Below, piece by piece: positions 45,801 to 57,351 of a stretch of 64,000 nt of DNA. The stretch is from Ruditapes philippinarum. Its lineage: Eukaryota. The stretch is from NCBI RefSeq assembly GCF_026571515.1, contig NW_026864062.1:1-64000 (forward strand), read 5' to 3'. How positions within the stretch are numbered: position 1 is the first letter of the stretch; the number at the start of each line of letters is the position of its first letter. Under the pieces are notes generated by a model. It searched no databases and was not told the DNA's origin. It saw nothing but the letters and a program-made list of their open reading frames with translations. Both the position numbers and the translations under genes were made by a program.

Positions 45801-48800
45801 TCAGATTGATGGTACTACATTGGTGCCAGAAAGTAATGCACAAAGGGTCACCCGAGGTCTTCCTCCACCAGTAAAGCTGGAAAGTCATATTCTGACCTTT
45901 ACAATGTCAGGATGACATCAAATCCAACATAACAAATAAACTATATTAGCATCAGAAAGTTTAAAATGTTCTTAACATGCAGACTTTATTGGATCTGCCC
46001 ATCTTTTGAGGATTTCGGTATCAAAATACACAATTTGAGCTACCAAGGGTATAGAGCCTAGCAGACTCTTTGGATTGCACACTGGCCGGGCTCTATACTG
46101 GGGAAAGGGATTTCATTTTTTCAGTGCCAGCAAAAAAAAAGGTTTAAATTTGGGATCTTTTGAATCTATTCCTACAATTTCAAACAACCTATTGTTTTTT
46201 GAGCCAAAAGAGGTTAAAGTAGTAGAAAAACAAACCCCTCTGGTCAGGGTGGACAATAGAGGAAGTAGAAAATTACATGGTTAAAATCCACTTTGACGGC
46301 TGGTCCGACATCTACGATTACTGGTTAGAAGACGATTCCCCCGACCTTCATCCTCCGGGTTGGTGCGCCAAGACCGGTCATCCTCTTGTACCACCTATTA
46401 GTAAGTATACTGTCTATGTAATAGATTTGAGATAGCAAAATAAATTTAGTTCTTTTAAAAGAATCTAGCATCTGTGGAACAGATGAATTTTCCCTGTCAT
46501 TATTAGTTGGGTTATTTTTATGTGATGGTTGTGTTTAAAAACGTTATATCAAAATTAATTGCTCATTAGTATCCACGTTTTCTATAAACTTATTTATTTG
46601 AACGCACACACATTTTTAGCTCACCTGTCACAAAGTGACAGGGTGAGCTTTTGTGATCGCTTTTCGTCCGGCGTCCGTCCGTCCGTCCGTCGTCCGTCGT
46701 CCGTCCGTAAACTTTTGCTTTAAATGACATCTCCTCATAAACCACTGAGCCAATTTCATCCAAACTTCACAGGAATGTTCCTTTGGTGGTCACCTTTAAA
46801 AATTGTTCAAAGAATTTAATTCCATGCAGAGAACTCTGGTTGCCATGGCAACCGAAAGAAAAATCTTTAAATATCTTCTTTTAAACAACCCTAAGAGCTA
46901 GAGCTTAGATATTTGGCATGAAACATCTTCTAATGAGTGTCTACCAAGTTTGTTCAAATAAAAGCCCTGGGGTCAAAATTGGCCCCGCCCCGGGGGTCAT
47001 TGATTTTCCTATATGCATATAGTAAAAAACTTAAAAGATCTTCTTTTAAAGAACTGTAAGAGCTAGAGCTAAGATTTTTGGCATGGAACATCTTCTAGTG
47101 AGTGTCTACCAAGTTTGTTCAAATAAAAGCCCTGGGTCAAAATTGGCCCCGCCCCGGGGGGTCATTGATTTTCCCTATATGCATATAGTAAACACTTAAA
47201 AAATCTTCCTTTAAAGAACTGTAAGAGCTAGAGCTTAGATATTTGGCATGAAACATCTTCTAGTGAATGTCTACCAAGTTTGTTCAAATAAAAGCCCTGG
47301 GGTCAAAATTGGCCCCGCCCAGGGGGTCATTGATTTTCCCTATATGCATAAAGTAAAAACTTAAAAAATCTTCTTTTAAAGAACCCAAAGAGCTAGAGCT
47401 TAGATATTTGGCATGAAACATCTTCTAGTGAATGTCTACCAAGTTTGTTCAAATAAAAGCCCTGGGGTTAAAATTGGCCCCGCCCTGGGGGGGTAATTGA
47501 TTTTCCCTATATGCATATAGTTTAAACTTAAAAAATCTTCTTTTAAAGAACCGTAAGAGCTAGAGCTTAGATATTTGGCATAAAACATCTTCTAGTAAAT
47601 GTCTACCAAGTTTGTTCAAATAAAAGCCCTGGGGTCAAAATTGGCCCCGCCCCAGGGGGTCATTGTTTTTCCCTATATGCATATAGTAAAAACTTAAAAA
47701 TCTTCTTTTAAAGAACTGTAAGAGCTAAAGCTTATATATTTGGCATGAAACATCTTCTAGTGAATGTCTACCAAGTTTGTTCAAATAAAACCCCTGGGGT
47801 CCAAATTGGCCCCTCCCCAGGGGTCATTGATTTTCCTTATATGCATATAGTAAAAACTTATAAAATCTTCTTTTAAAGAACCCAAAGAGCTAGAGCTAAG
47901 ATATTTAGCATGAGACATGTTCTAATGGGTGTCTACCAAGTATGTTCAAATAAAAGCCCTGGGGTCAAAACTGGCCCCGCCCCGGGGTCATTGATTTTTT
48001 TATATACATAGCAAAAACTTAAAAATCTTCTTTGAAAAAACCCAAATAACTAGAGTTTAGATATTAAGCATGAAACATCTTTAAGTAAATATCTACAAAG
48101 TTTGTTCAAATAAAAGCCCAGGGGTCAAAACTGGCCCTGCCCGAGGGGTGTCATTGTTTTTTACTCTATGTGTATAGTAAAAACTTAAAAAATCTTCTTT
48201 TAAAAAACCCAATGAGCTAGAACTTAGATGTTTTGCATGAAACATCTTCTTATGGGTGTCTACCAAGTCTGTTCAAATAAACAAAATAAAAGCCCTTGGG
48301 TAAAAATTGGGCCGGGGGGGGGGGGGGGGGCTATATACAGGTGAGCGACCTCAGGGCCATCATGGCCCTCTTGTTAAATGATGATCAACAGTATTGAGCA
48401 AGTAAAACAGGTTCTCAAAATTTATAACTATTTTTTTTTAACCTGACTCAGAACATTTTATAAATGGAATCGTTATTAGTCATATTATTGATACTATGTT
48501 TTACTTCAATTTTTTCCAGCTCCCTCAGATTTAGTGGTAACAACCGGACCTGGTGTTTGCCCTACCCCAGGCTGTAAAGGGATTGGACACATTAAAGGTC
48601 CAAAATATTCCGGTCATCACAGGTATATTATAATCTGCTTTAAAATGACATTTTAACAACTCTACTTGAAATCTTTTGAGTTGTAATGTTGTTATTCATT
48701 ACCCATTTTAGTACAACAGTCAGTATCAAAGCATTGTGTTTGTTAAATATTATGTAGTAAGGTTTTTATATAGGTTTTTATATTAATATAGCACAATGGA

Positions 48801-51800
48801 ATTGTAATATCTTCTAGTTATATGAATTCTTTAGATAATAAAGCAGTACTTGTATGATTTGTTTTGTTTAACAAAGTTTACACCCATTATAACTTGACTG
48901 AAATGCTTTTCACCATGTGATGTGTTGTGTGCATGAAACAGGTCAAAATTCAGTCACAGAAAAAAGCTAAATGATTTTTATCATTTGATGTCATTTCCTT
49001 ATAAACATTATTATGTCTTATTCTTTAGTACATTTGGCTGCCCATACTCAGACATCAACATGAACAAGGAGTCGGTTCTCGGTGACAGATTGAACTCTGT
49101 AGCTATCAGGCCTGAGGATACGGTATCCAGGCATTATGATGAACACAGAACATCGCCAGATTCTAAGTATGATAATATGATCAGTTTATATAAATTAACC
49201 TCATTAAAAGTTAAATAAACATTTCTTACCTTGCATGTTAAACTGGTCATTGTTAGTTTTAATGAATTTTAGTAAAAAATTACTGAGATGGAAGTATTCA
49301 GTATTGAGCCTTGTCTGATTTTAAGATTTTAATGCCAACTGGCATCAGTGCATGTAGCTTTGTTACTATCAAGTGCTTAGATCTGAAGTGTTTTAACCAT
49401 CATTATCTTGTATAAATTTTCAGTGCAGTCTGTATACACTTATTTTCAAGTGATTTGTTTGTAAATCATCAATGTACCTATATCCACTTAATAAGAATGA
49501 TATCTGATAAAAGATAATCATATGAAGTTTGCAGGTCATACCGCGACATTCCAGCTTTACTGGTGGAGGAAAACCTCAGGTGCCCTTCCATGCATTATTT
49601 CAGGCACGAACGTGTACCTGAGTAGAACCACCGACGTTCCGTAAGCTAGCTGGAAAAATTTTTCTTAGAATAGTTAAAATATATTAACTATTCTATCATT
49701 AAATACAAATGAATTATGATATACAGTAGAACTTCGGTAAGTCGAAGTTCAAGGGACTTGCGTAAAAAGTTCGACACATCGGGACTTCGACTCATATATA
49801 CGTCCGAATTTTTGCAACAAAAATTTTTTCTCCACAACAGGATGTTTACAAATAACATTACAAATGGCATAACAAAGAAAAAGGGTGATAATTAAACCGT
49901 CTTATAGTACGGATCAGATACCATACAGTTTCATGCGTGTTTAAAACAAAACAAGAATCTTTTTTATTTTTTCAACAAAATTTATTTATTTATTTATTCA
50001 TTTATTTATGTACAACAAATCAGGAAAAAATAAACATGATTGTGCTGCTCGATATCCATAACGGATCTAATTCATAGAGGTTCATATTCGAATCATATGA
50101 AAGTGATATTGTTAAAAACATATTAAAGGATATTTTCACACATAGAAATGCATGCAAAGGCTGTTAAAACACGCGGCTGTGTGTTAACACCTGTCAGATA
50201 AGATGATCGGCAATCATCTACGCGGGCAGAAAAGGTGTGAAAATTATCTCGAGATCAAAGGTGTCAAAATTATTGAAGGACTGCGACTTTTTTGTGGTAA
50301 ATTGCACTTGATTTATTCTATACGAACCAGGAAAAAATTTGACACTAAAATTTTAACTCATTTGTAGGATTTTATAAGGAATATATAGGGGAAAACCTCG
50401 GGACTTTCATTTTACTTTGACACATCAAGAAAATCAACTAATCGAAGTTCAACTCACCGAAGTTCTACTGTATAGACAAAAATATATTTTGCCTAATATC
50501 ACATTTTAAAATGAAATGAGATTTCATTATTGAAGTCAGATTGGAATTAAAATCTAGACTAAATTATTTGTTTTGATTGTTATTTAGAAAACACACAGAT
50601 TCTGGACAACATGGTGATATCCCAAAGAAACTTGGAAGAGGAAGAAAACCAAAGTAAGTTGATAATTATAATTGAATTACTATTGAGCTTAATTGGTTTA
50701 GAACTGTTTTTCACTTGTAACTTTTAAAACAAACTTTAAATTCTTTAACAATATCGTTCAAAATGACATTACATTTGGAATTGGAACACTGACTAATATG
50801 GGAGATCTTGTTTATTTTACGCACATGTTTTCTATAACATAAAGTGTCACAATATGAGAGAGGTCTAAGTTGTCTTACTTTATGGCCCGGACTAATTGAA
50901 GAAATCATCACAGTAGCCTGTAAAGGGTTGTTGGTTCTACTCCAGTGCCCATTTGTGCTTGAAATAATACATGGAGGGCACTGTCATAAAATTATAACAA
51001 AATAAGGTGCAGAGTTATGGTAATTTCTAAAAAAAAAAAAAAACTACAGCAACTGAACCATTGATAATGATTGTTTATATACATGTTTATAGCATTCAAA
51101 ACATATTTTCAATATTGTTTTAAGGAGTTATTATGTAGCCTTAGAAGAACAGAAAGTGGCAAGAGAAAAAGAGAGATTAGAGAAAGGTAAATTTTATAAG
51201 CTTGAATAATATTAAAATATTAAATTGTTTCAACTATTTATGAAAAACAACAGGAAGATAATTTATAATCTGCTTCAGTAAAGAGGATGGTTAATTTTTA
51301 GCTGTTCATTCGGAAAATACGATAAGCTATTGTGTTCACTGCTGCATTGGCATTGCCATCACACAGTTTTTGTGTGCAAGTTGGTTATCTCCAAAACTAC
51401 TGAAGAGAATGGGTTGAAACTTCACACATTTTTTCTCTGTAATTATCTTACAGATACAGGTCCCATAATTCTTAGTTATCTTTTTACAGTGTTATACTGT
51501 CAAGAACTGAGAATAGCCGAGATTCTGTCTAACTGTCAGTTCATGTTTATTTAAATGTCACTGGAAATGTAAAAAAATCTTAAACTTTATAGTCAATAGT
51601 ATCTGTCATAAGTGATAATAGTCTATTATTTAAACTAGGGTAGAAATAGCAATCATTCTACTGCTGTTTAGTTTAAAGAATGGTATTTAATCATGTACCA
51701 AATCAGTGGCAAAGAAAACAAAAAAGAAAACAAAATTAAACTGATTTTGAAATTGAGTAAAATAATCCATTTTATTTGGATTTCTTTGGCTTTCAAAAGT

Positions 51801-52762
51801 CTTAGTCATGCCCTTGTTTTATAGAGAGAGATATAAATTTTGATGGGAATGCCAGTAATGTTAATGTCATAATAAATAATTTATAAATATTAATATTTTC
51901 AGAAGAAACATTAAGACAAGGAATCCATAATTCGGTGTTCTCATCTTCCATGATCTCAACACCTAAACCAGATGTGCCATTATGTTGGGAACAACATTGT
52001 AAATTGTTGCCAGGGGTAACCAGTATCCGTGGCAACGATGTTAACAAGTGGACCATAGATCAAGTGGCAGCTTTTATAAATACTCTCCCAGGGTGTGAAG
52101 AGCAGGCAAAACTTTTCAAAGAGGAGGTAAAAAATGAGATTATTTGCATTTTCTTTTCTGTGTAAGGCTATGTATAAATTTATGAGATAAGATGTGCATA
52201 CAAAGTTTAAAATAATATGAAACATTGTCTTTATTCTTCTTAGTTTTATTGCTATTACTAAATAGCACAAGATTTTGTAGAAAATAGAATTAAAGCAAAA
52301 GATGTTTGTTTGGTCACTTTAGTCAATGCAAAATGATATAAAAGAAAACAGGAGATGTGAAACATGTTTTAAAAAAAGGTTGATACTTCAACAAGGCATG
52401 TAAAATTATTTCTTGGTGAAAATTCAATAACAAAATTGATAGTGAATTTGATTTTATGTAAAACAGTAAATATTATTTTGAACTTGTAGTTAAAATTTTT
52501 ATGCAAAACTGTATTAGTGAAAGATCTCTTTGTTTCAGACATAAAAATTGACAGCCTGATTGGCAATGAAATCTGAACAACAATCAAAATTCGTTCGTCA
52601 AAGTTTTAAGTTTTGTCTTTTTTTCTATTACAGCAAATAGATGGAGAGGCATTCCTGTTGTTAACTCAGTCAGATATTGTGAAAATAATGAACATTAAAC
52701 TTGGCCCTGCATTAAAAATATTCAACAGTATCGTCATGTTCAAGAACTCAATAGAAGTATAG
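30882..52762 (+). CDS. L3MBTL3: Lethal(3)malignant brain tumour-like protein (L3MBTL1/3/4 type), ~1355 aa. 19 coding exons: 30882-31047, 31331-31437, 32081-32146, 33511-35136, 35646-35814, 39051-39183, 42057-42190, 43195-43277, 43463-43697, 44173-44267, 44735-44963, 45471-45556, ~46183-46400 (5' part garbled), 48520-48622, 49029-49166, 50588-50653, 51125-51186, 51903-52126, 52634-52762
   Basis: DAMIWNNGIGELPGSNLKF motif, FCS finger (CENC..FCSQTC), three MBT repeats (GMKLEGVDP..HFDGY; KLEAVDKKN..HFDSW; HFDGWSDIYDYW), C2HC finger CPTPGCKGIGH..HHSTFGCP, PLCWEQHCKLLPGV and a C-terminal SAM domain (QIDGEAFLLL..KLGPALKI). Splice phases are consistent except at the acceptor of exon 13. The paralogue number is nominal. 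Confidence 0.93.
32256..32678. mobile_element. MITE with CAGGG-type ends (hAT5-like)
   Basis: Ends caaggcattttt / aaaaaaagccctg; 5-bp direct repeat GAAGT on both flanks; repeated ttgtgaa subterminal motif. Confidence 0.65.
36794..38048 (+). mobile_element. HINE-like element, family B copy 1 (161-bp units; 5 full + 1 partial)
   Basis: Starts tttttatgcccc, then (TCCG/TCAT) microsatellite and 161-bp repeats; 3' subTIR gcgggggcat, imperfect hairpin gtggcatgatgacac, ends ctagTT. The 5' hairpin carries a short deletion relative to the other copies. Confidence 0.85.
39628..41367 (+). mobile_element. HINE-like element, family B copy 2 (161-bp units; 8 full + 1 partial)
   Basis: atgcccccgc ... gcgggggcat subTIRs. 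Marker aaaatacagg at 39781, 39942, 40103, 40263, 40424 and 40585, then variant units. Same 3' tail as copy 1. Confidence 0.87.
42396..42557. mobile_element. Small MITE with CAGGG-type ends
   Basis: cagggcttcca / tggaagcccta; GTTAA on both flanks (one extra base at the right end); internal ttggaag(t/c)c repeats. Confidence 0.55.
42655..42850 (-). mobile_element. CORE-type SINE remnant
   Basis: The - strand reads tggccaagtgg (A-box-like) .. gggttgaacgtc (B-box-like) .. tgagcaagaaactttta.ctcattgctcaatactgg, resembling the CORE domain. Confidence 0.5.
45810..45941 (+). mobile_element. SINE 3' fragment, same family
   Basis: gaggtcttcctccaccagtaaagctggaaagtc..tgacct followed by an (AAC/AAAC) tail. 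Confidence 0.55.
46613..48375 (+). mobile_element. Helentron/HINE-like element, family A copy 2, with 9 internal ~165-bp units
   Basis: Same termini as 5193-6598 (agctcacctgtcac ... caggtgagcgacctcagggccatcatggccctcttgtt). (CCGT/CGTC)n at ~46671-46708. Unit marker aaataaaagcc recurs every ~165 bp from 46956 to 48275. Confidence 0.87.
49533..49654 (-). mobile_element. SINE internal fragment, same family, reverse orientation
   Basis: ttccagctttactggtggaggaaaacctcagg..catgcattatttcaggca is the reverse complement of the 24570-24630 body. Confidence 0.65.
49724..50470. mobile_element. Tc1/mariner (pogo/Tigger-like) MITE, 747 bp
   Basis: TA|cagtagaacttcggt ... accgaagttctactg|TA; ~25-bp imperfect TIRs; TA target duplication. 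Confidence 0.85.
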
Positions 52763-52965
52763 CACTCAAACTTTGTCATGGACTTGTCAGACGTAATGGA
52801 AATTTGTATCATCATGTCTATTTTTAGATACAATTATAATACAATATTTGATGTGAAACAAGACAAGCTTAAACCAAAATAAAATAGTCTTTATTTTTTT
52901 TAATTTTAATTAATGGAAGAAATTAATTTTTTATTAAATGGCAGGTGCAGATAGAGTTTTCATGA

Positions 52966-54238
52966 TTTTTTTTTATGCCCCCGCCATGTAATGGCCGGGG
53001 CATATAGTGTTACCCTGTTCCGTCATTCCGTCCTTCCGTCCTTCCGTCCTTCCATCCTTCCGTCCTTCCGTCCTTCCGTCATTCTGTCATTCCGTCATCA
53101 TCAGTTTCCGTTCATTATATTAAGAACGGTTGGACATATTCAACTCAAATTTGACATATAAATATGTCATGAGAAAATACAGGTCAAGTTTGAATTTGGT
53201 CATGGTTCGATGATTTTTGGCACAGTTATGCCCCTTTTACTTTGAAAATAATATGAAATTTCAGTTTCCGTTCATTATCTTAAGAACAGTTGGACACATT
53301 CAATTCAAACTTGACATATGGATATGTCATGAGAAAATACAGGTCAAGTTTGAATTTGGTTATGGTTCGATGATTTTTGGCAGAGTTATGCCCCTTTTAC
53401 TTTGAAAAAAATATGAAATTTTCAGTTTCCGTTCATTATCTCCCCAATGGTACAACACAATCAACTCAAACTTGACATATTGATATGTCATGAAAAAATA
53501 CAGGTCAAGTTCGAATTTGGTCATGGTTCGATGATTTTTGGCAGAGTTATGCCCCTTTAACTTTGAAAATAATATGAAATTTTCAGTTTCCATTCATTAT
53601 CTCCCTCAAGGTACAACACATTCAACTCAAATGTGACATATGGATGCGTCAAAGGAATGTGCAGGTCAAGTTCAAATTTGGTCATGGTTCAATGATTTTA
53701 GGTAGAGTAATGCCCCTTTCACTTTGAAAATAATATGAAATTTACAGTTTCTGTTCATTATCTACCCAACAGTGTGTCACATATTCAACTTTAATTTGAC
53801 ATATGGATATGTCAAAAGAATGGGCAGGTCAAGTTGGAATTTGGTCATGGTTTGATGATTTTTTGGCAGAGTTATGTCTCTTTCACTTTGAAAATAATAT
53901 AGATACATCTTAGGAATAAGCAGTTTAAGTTTGAATTTGGTCATGGTTCAATGATTTTAGACAAACTTATCTTTCCTGAATGTTGGAAAAATTTTGAACT
54001 TTCAGTTTCACCACTCATTCTTTTAGCCATTATTTTGGCTACAAATATGCAATATGCTATTTCTAAAAGGTTAAGACTGAATAATTTCAGTGCCTTGAAC
54101 ATTGTATGGAAATGGTTTGTGTTAACATTGAAAAGTTTTAAGGGCTTTGAACTTAAAATGAAAAAAAATAATTAATGCACCATCTGAAATTTTGGCTGCA
54201 TGCGGGGGCATCCGTGGCATGATGACACATTTCTAGTT
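52966..54238 (+). mobile_element. HINE-like element, family B copy 3 (5 full + 1 partial units), ~200 bp past the L3MBTL stop
   Basis: Same termini and unit sequence as copies 1 and 2; expanded (TTCCGTCC)n microsatellite at ~53018-53095. Confidence 0.87.
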
Positions 54239-56437
54239 GGGTCAAGGGGTCAAAGGTCAAGGTCACATTGACCTTGTAGGTAAAAACGGTTTCCAATCAA
54301 TAACTTAAAGAAATAAGAAATCTTAGGCCTAGGAACTAACTTGGTACGGTGGTTGTGCGTAACCAGCAATTGACCCCAATCGATTTTAAGGTAAAGGGGT
54401 CAAAGGTTAAAGTCACATTGACCTTGTAGGTAAAAAACGGTCTCGGATCAATAACTAAAGAAAGCTTAGGCCTAGGAACTTCAAACATGGTACTGTGATT
54501 GTTCATGACCATTAGATGACTCCTATTTATTTTGGGGTAAAGGGGTTAAAGGTCAATGTCAAATTGACTGTGTAGGAAAAAATGGTTTCTGATCAATAAC
54601 TTGATAAGCTATTGGCCTTTAAACTTTGTAGGTGCATTGGTCTTTGCCAGAAGATGGCCAGATTGATTTTTGGGTCAAAGGTCAAGGACTGGACAACCCA
54701 TGGACCCTTGACCTTGAAGCTGTACATATGCATTGCTTTAGGTCAGAAGATAAACTCAATTTTTGGGGTTAAGGGTCAGAGATCAAGATCATATTGACCT
54801 TATATATAAGTAAAAATGCTTTCTAATCAATATCCCAACAACTCTTTGGCTTTACCTTCAAACTTCACAGGTGCATTGGTCTTGGCCAGTAGATAACCCT
54901 GATTGATTTAAGGGTCAAAGACAGTTGTATGTAGAGATGGTTTTTGACCAATAACTTAACAACTCAAGTTGCCTTGGTTGATTTTTTTTAGCTCGACTAT
55001 TCGCAGAATAATCAGTCACCCATTTGTCGGCTTCGGAGTCCCTGTGGTTAAGTTTTTGTGTGTAAGCTGGTATCTCCATAACTTCTGAAGGGAATGGATT
55101 GAAAAACTTTACACACTTGTTCTATGTGATTATCTAACATGATTGGCACCAGTCCCATAACTCTGATTTGCTTTTTTGCATAATTATGCCCTTTTTCAAC
55201 TTAGAAATTCTTGGTTAAGTTTTTTGCTTGTAAGCTGGTATGTCCATAACTACTGAAGGGAATGGATTGAAACTTCACACACTTGTTTCTCTTTGATTAT
55301 CTAACATGATTGACACAAGTCCCATAACTCTGATTTTTTTTTGCATAATTATGCCCCTTTTTCGACTTAGAAATTCTAGGTAAAGTTTTTGCGTGCAAGC
55401 TGGTATCTCCATAACTACTGAAGGGAATGGATTGAATCTTCACACATTTGTTCTCTGTGATTATCTAACATGATTGACACAAGTCCCATAATTCTGGTTT
55501 GCTTTTTTGCATAATTATGACCCTTTTTCAACTTAGAAATTCTTGGTTAAATTTTTGCTTGTAAGCTGGTATCTCCATAACTACTGAAGGGAATGGATTG
55601 AATCTTCACACATTTGTTCTCTGTGATTATCTAACATAATTGACACAAGTCAAATAACTCTGATTTGCTTTTTTGCATAATTATGCCCCTTTTTCGACTT
55701 AGAAATTCTAGGTAAAGTTTTTGCGTGTAAGCAAGTATCTTAAAAACTTTGTAAAGGAATGGATTGAAACTTCACACACTTGTTCTCTGTGATTATCTAA
55801 CATGATTGGCACAAGTCCAATAACTTTGATTTTTTTTTTTTGTATAAGTATGCTCCTTTTTGGGCTTAGAAATTCTAGGTAAAGTTTTTGCTTGTAAGCT
55901 GGTATCTCCATACCTTCTGAAGGGTTTGTGCTTTTTTTTGAACAATTTTAAGCATTCATAATAATAAAGCAGTGATTAATTCGATAAAACATTTTAATAA
56001 CAAGCCTTTGTACCTTTTCGGTCAATTTTATGTATTCATATAGGTCAGCATTATTATACTCAATGAAACTCCCTTATGACAACTTTTCGATCAGTCGAGC
56101 ATTACTATCCTCTGACAGTTCTTGTTTATTAATCTAAAAATGCTTTTGGTATACACATTTTAAGGTCTTATGTAATATAACAACTTGGCTGTCATTAATG
56201 AGGCCTAATTGATTAATAAAATTTACGCATATGTTATTTGGTATGATTTGTGATAACTTTGTCATAAAATTGCTGTACACAACCTTTCTGTCACAATTAC
56301 CTAGTGACTAGTCATGACCAATATTTAACCCTTACTTATTTTTGGTCACTAGGTCAAAAGTCAGTCATAATAACCTGATCACATGACTTATTGGGTGCCG
56401 ATAGGGGGCATATGTGTTTTACAAACATATCTTGTTT
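54239..56437 (+). mobile_element. Older HINE-like element with (ggtcaaaggtcaaggtcac)-type units, interrupted by the 54982-56126 element
   Basis: Degenerate tandem units at 54239-54980 and similar sequence after 56126; 3' end gggggcat + hairpin atatgtgtt..aaacatat + cttgTT at ~56405-56437. 5' end not seen. Confidence 0.55.
54982..56126 (+). mobile_element. HINE-like element, family C, with ~166-bp units (5 full + 1 partial)
   Basis: T-run + subTIR gctcgact (54991-54998) and agtcgagc (56093-56100), 3' imperfect hairpin, cttgTT end. Marker gtaagctggta at ~55062, 55230, 55396, 55561, 55727 and 55893. Confidence 0.8.
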
Positions 56438-56767
56438 CTGATTAGATTTTGCAAGTTAGATTTTTTTTTTGCTTTTTTCTTGTTTTCTAGTTTTTGGCTT
56501 AATGCTTTTTTACCTTTATACATGTACCTATAATAAGACATTTAGAGATTGTTACATTCAGAGATTGCTATCAGTTATTTGGATTATTTGTTCCTATATG
56601 TACTTGTGTAGCAGTATTCTTCGTTCAACTAGGAGTTGCTTCCCTTTGATTAATGAACCCTGGCAGATAGTTTTGAAGGGAAGTTTTTTATCACTTTGTA
56701 TGTCTTTATGCATTAAAACAGTAAAACTATCAAGTTTGATATAAATATTGCCAGTTATTACTCATGA

Positions 56768-56990
56768 CAGTGTAGTATAGGTCACTGATTGTTGATATAT
56801 AGTCCCTCACTGCTGCAGGCTCGAATCTAGAAAACAATTCCGGATAGCTTGCATCACAAGGACTTCTCTTACTCAAGTGTCTATTTATGTATAAGATAGC
56901 CAGATGTTTTCATTCACCCAGTGAGCTGGAAAGTTGTCATATGACCTTTTCGCTACTAAAAAAGTAAATATCAAATTAAAAAAAAAAAGA
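56768..56990 (+). mobile_element. Degenerate SINE, same family
   Basis: ggctcgaatct B-box-like motif, gctggaaagttgtcatatgacct, A tail. Confidence 0.5.
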
Positions 56991-57092
56991 AGTGTATTAA
57001 TAATATCATGTACAACAATCCAATTGTCTATCTGATTAAATGTCATAAATTTACAATAAGAATATTCAGATATTAGTGCTGAAAGACATTTC

Positions 57093-57351
57093 ATGCTCGA
57101 CTTTTTTTGAAGAAATAGTCAAGCTATTATGATAACCTCGTCAACATTGTCCTGTAAAAGCTTAAATGTAGCACATTTTAAAAAGTATCAGCATGAATCT
57201 TGGAGTACTTGTTTAGCATGACATGATGCAGAACTTTGTTAGACAAGGGGCATAATTCTTAAAGCATCATTTTCGGAGTCGTTCCCCCTTTTTGAACCGA
57301 ATTTTTGTTTTGAACAGGTGAGCGCTAACACTGCATGTGGTGCACTTGTTT
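57093..57351 (+). mobile_element. Short degenerate HINE-like element
   Basis: gctcgact..agtcaagc 5' hairpin; 3' caggtgagcg + hairpin + cttgTT. Confidence 0.5.

Noticed and set aside
48314-48330. G17 run as a G-quadruplex element
   Set aside because: It is an expanded homopolymer at a position that is ccccgcc/gggg in sibling units; slippage or sequencing artefact.
43195-52762. SFMBT, MBTD1, L3MBTL2 or Scm identity
   Set aside because: Three MBT repeats plus a C2HC finger plus SAM fits L3MBTL1/3/4; the others have four or two MBT repeats.
36815-54175. Repeated short ORFs ..KFDIWICHEKIQVKFEFGHGSMIFGRVMPLLL (36815, 39646, 40146, 53217) as a peptide family
   Set aside because: They are translations of the 161-bp satellite unit of family B, with no splice or coding signature.
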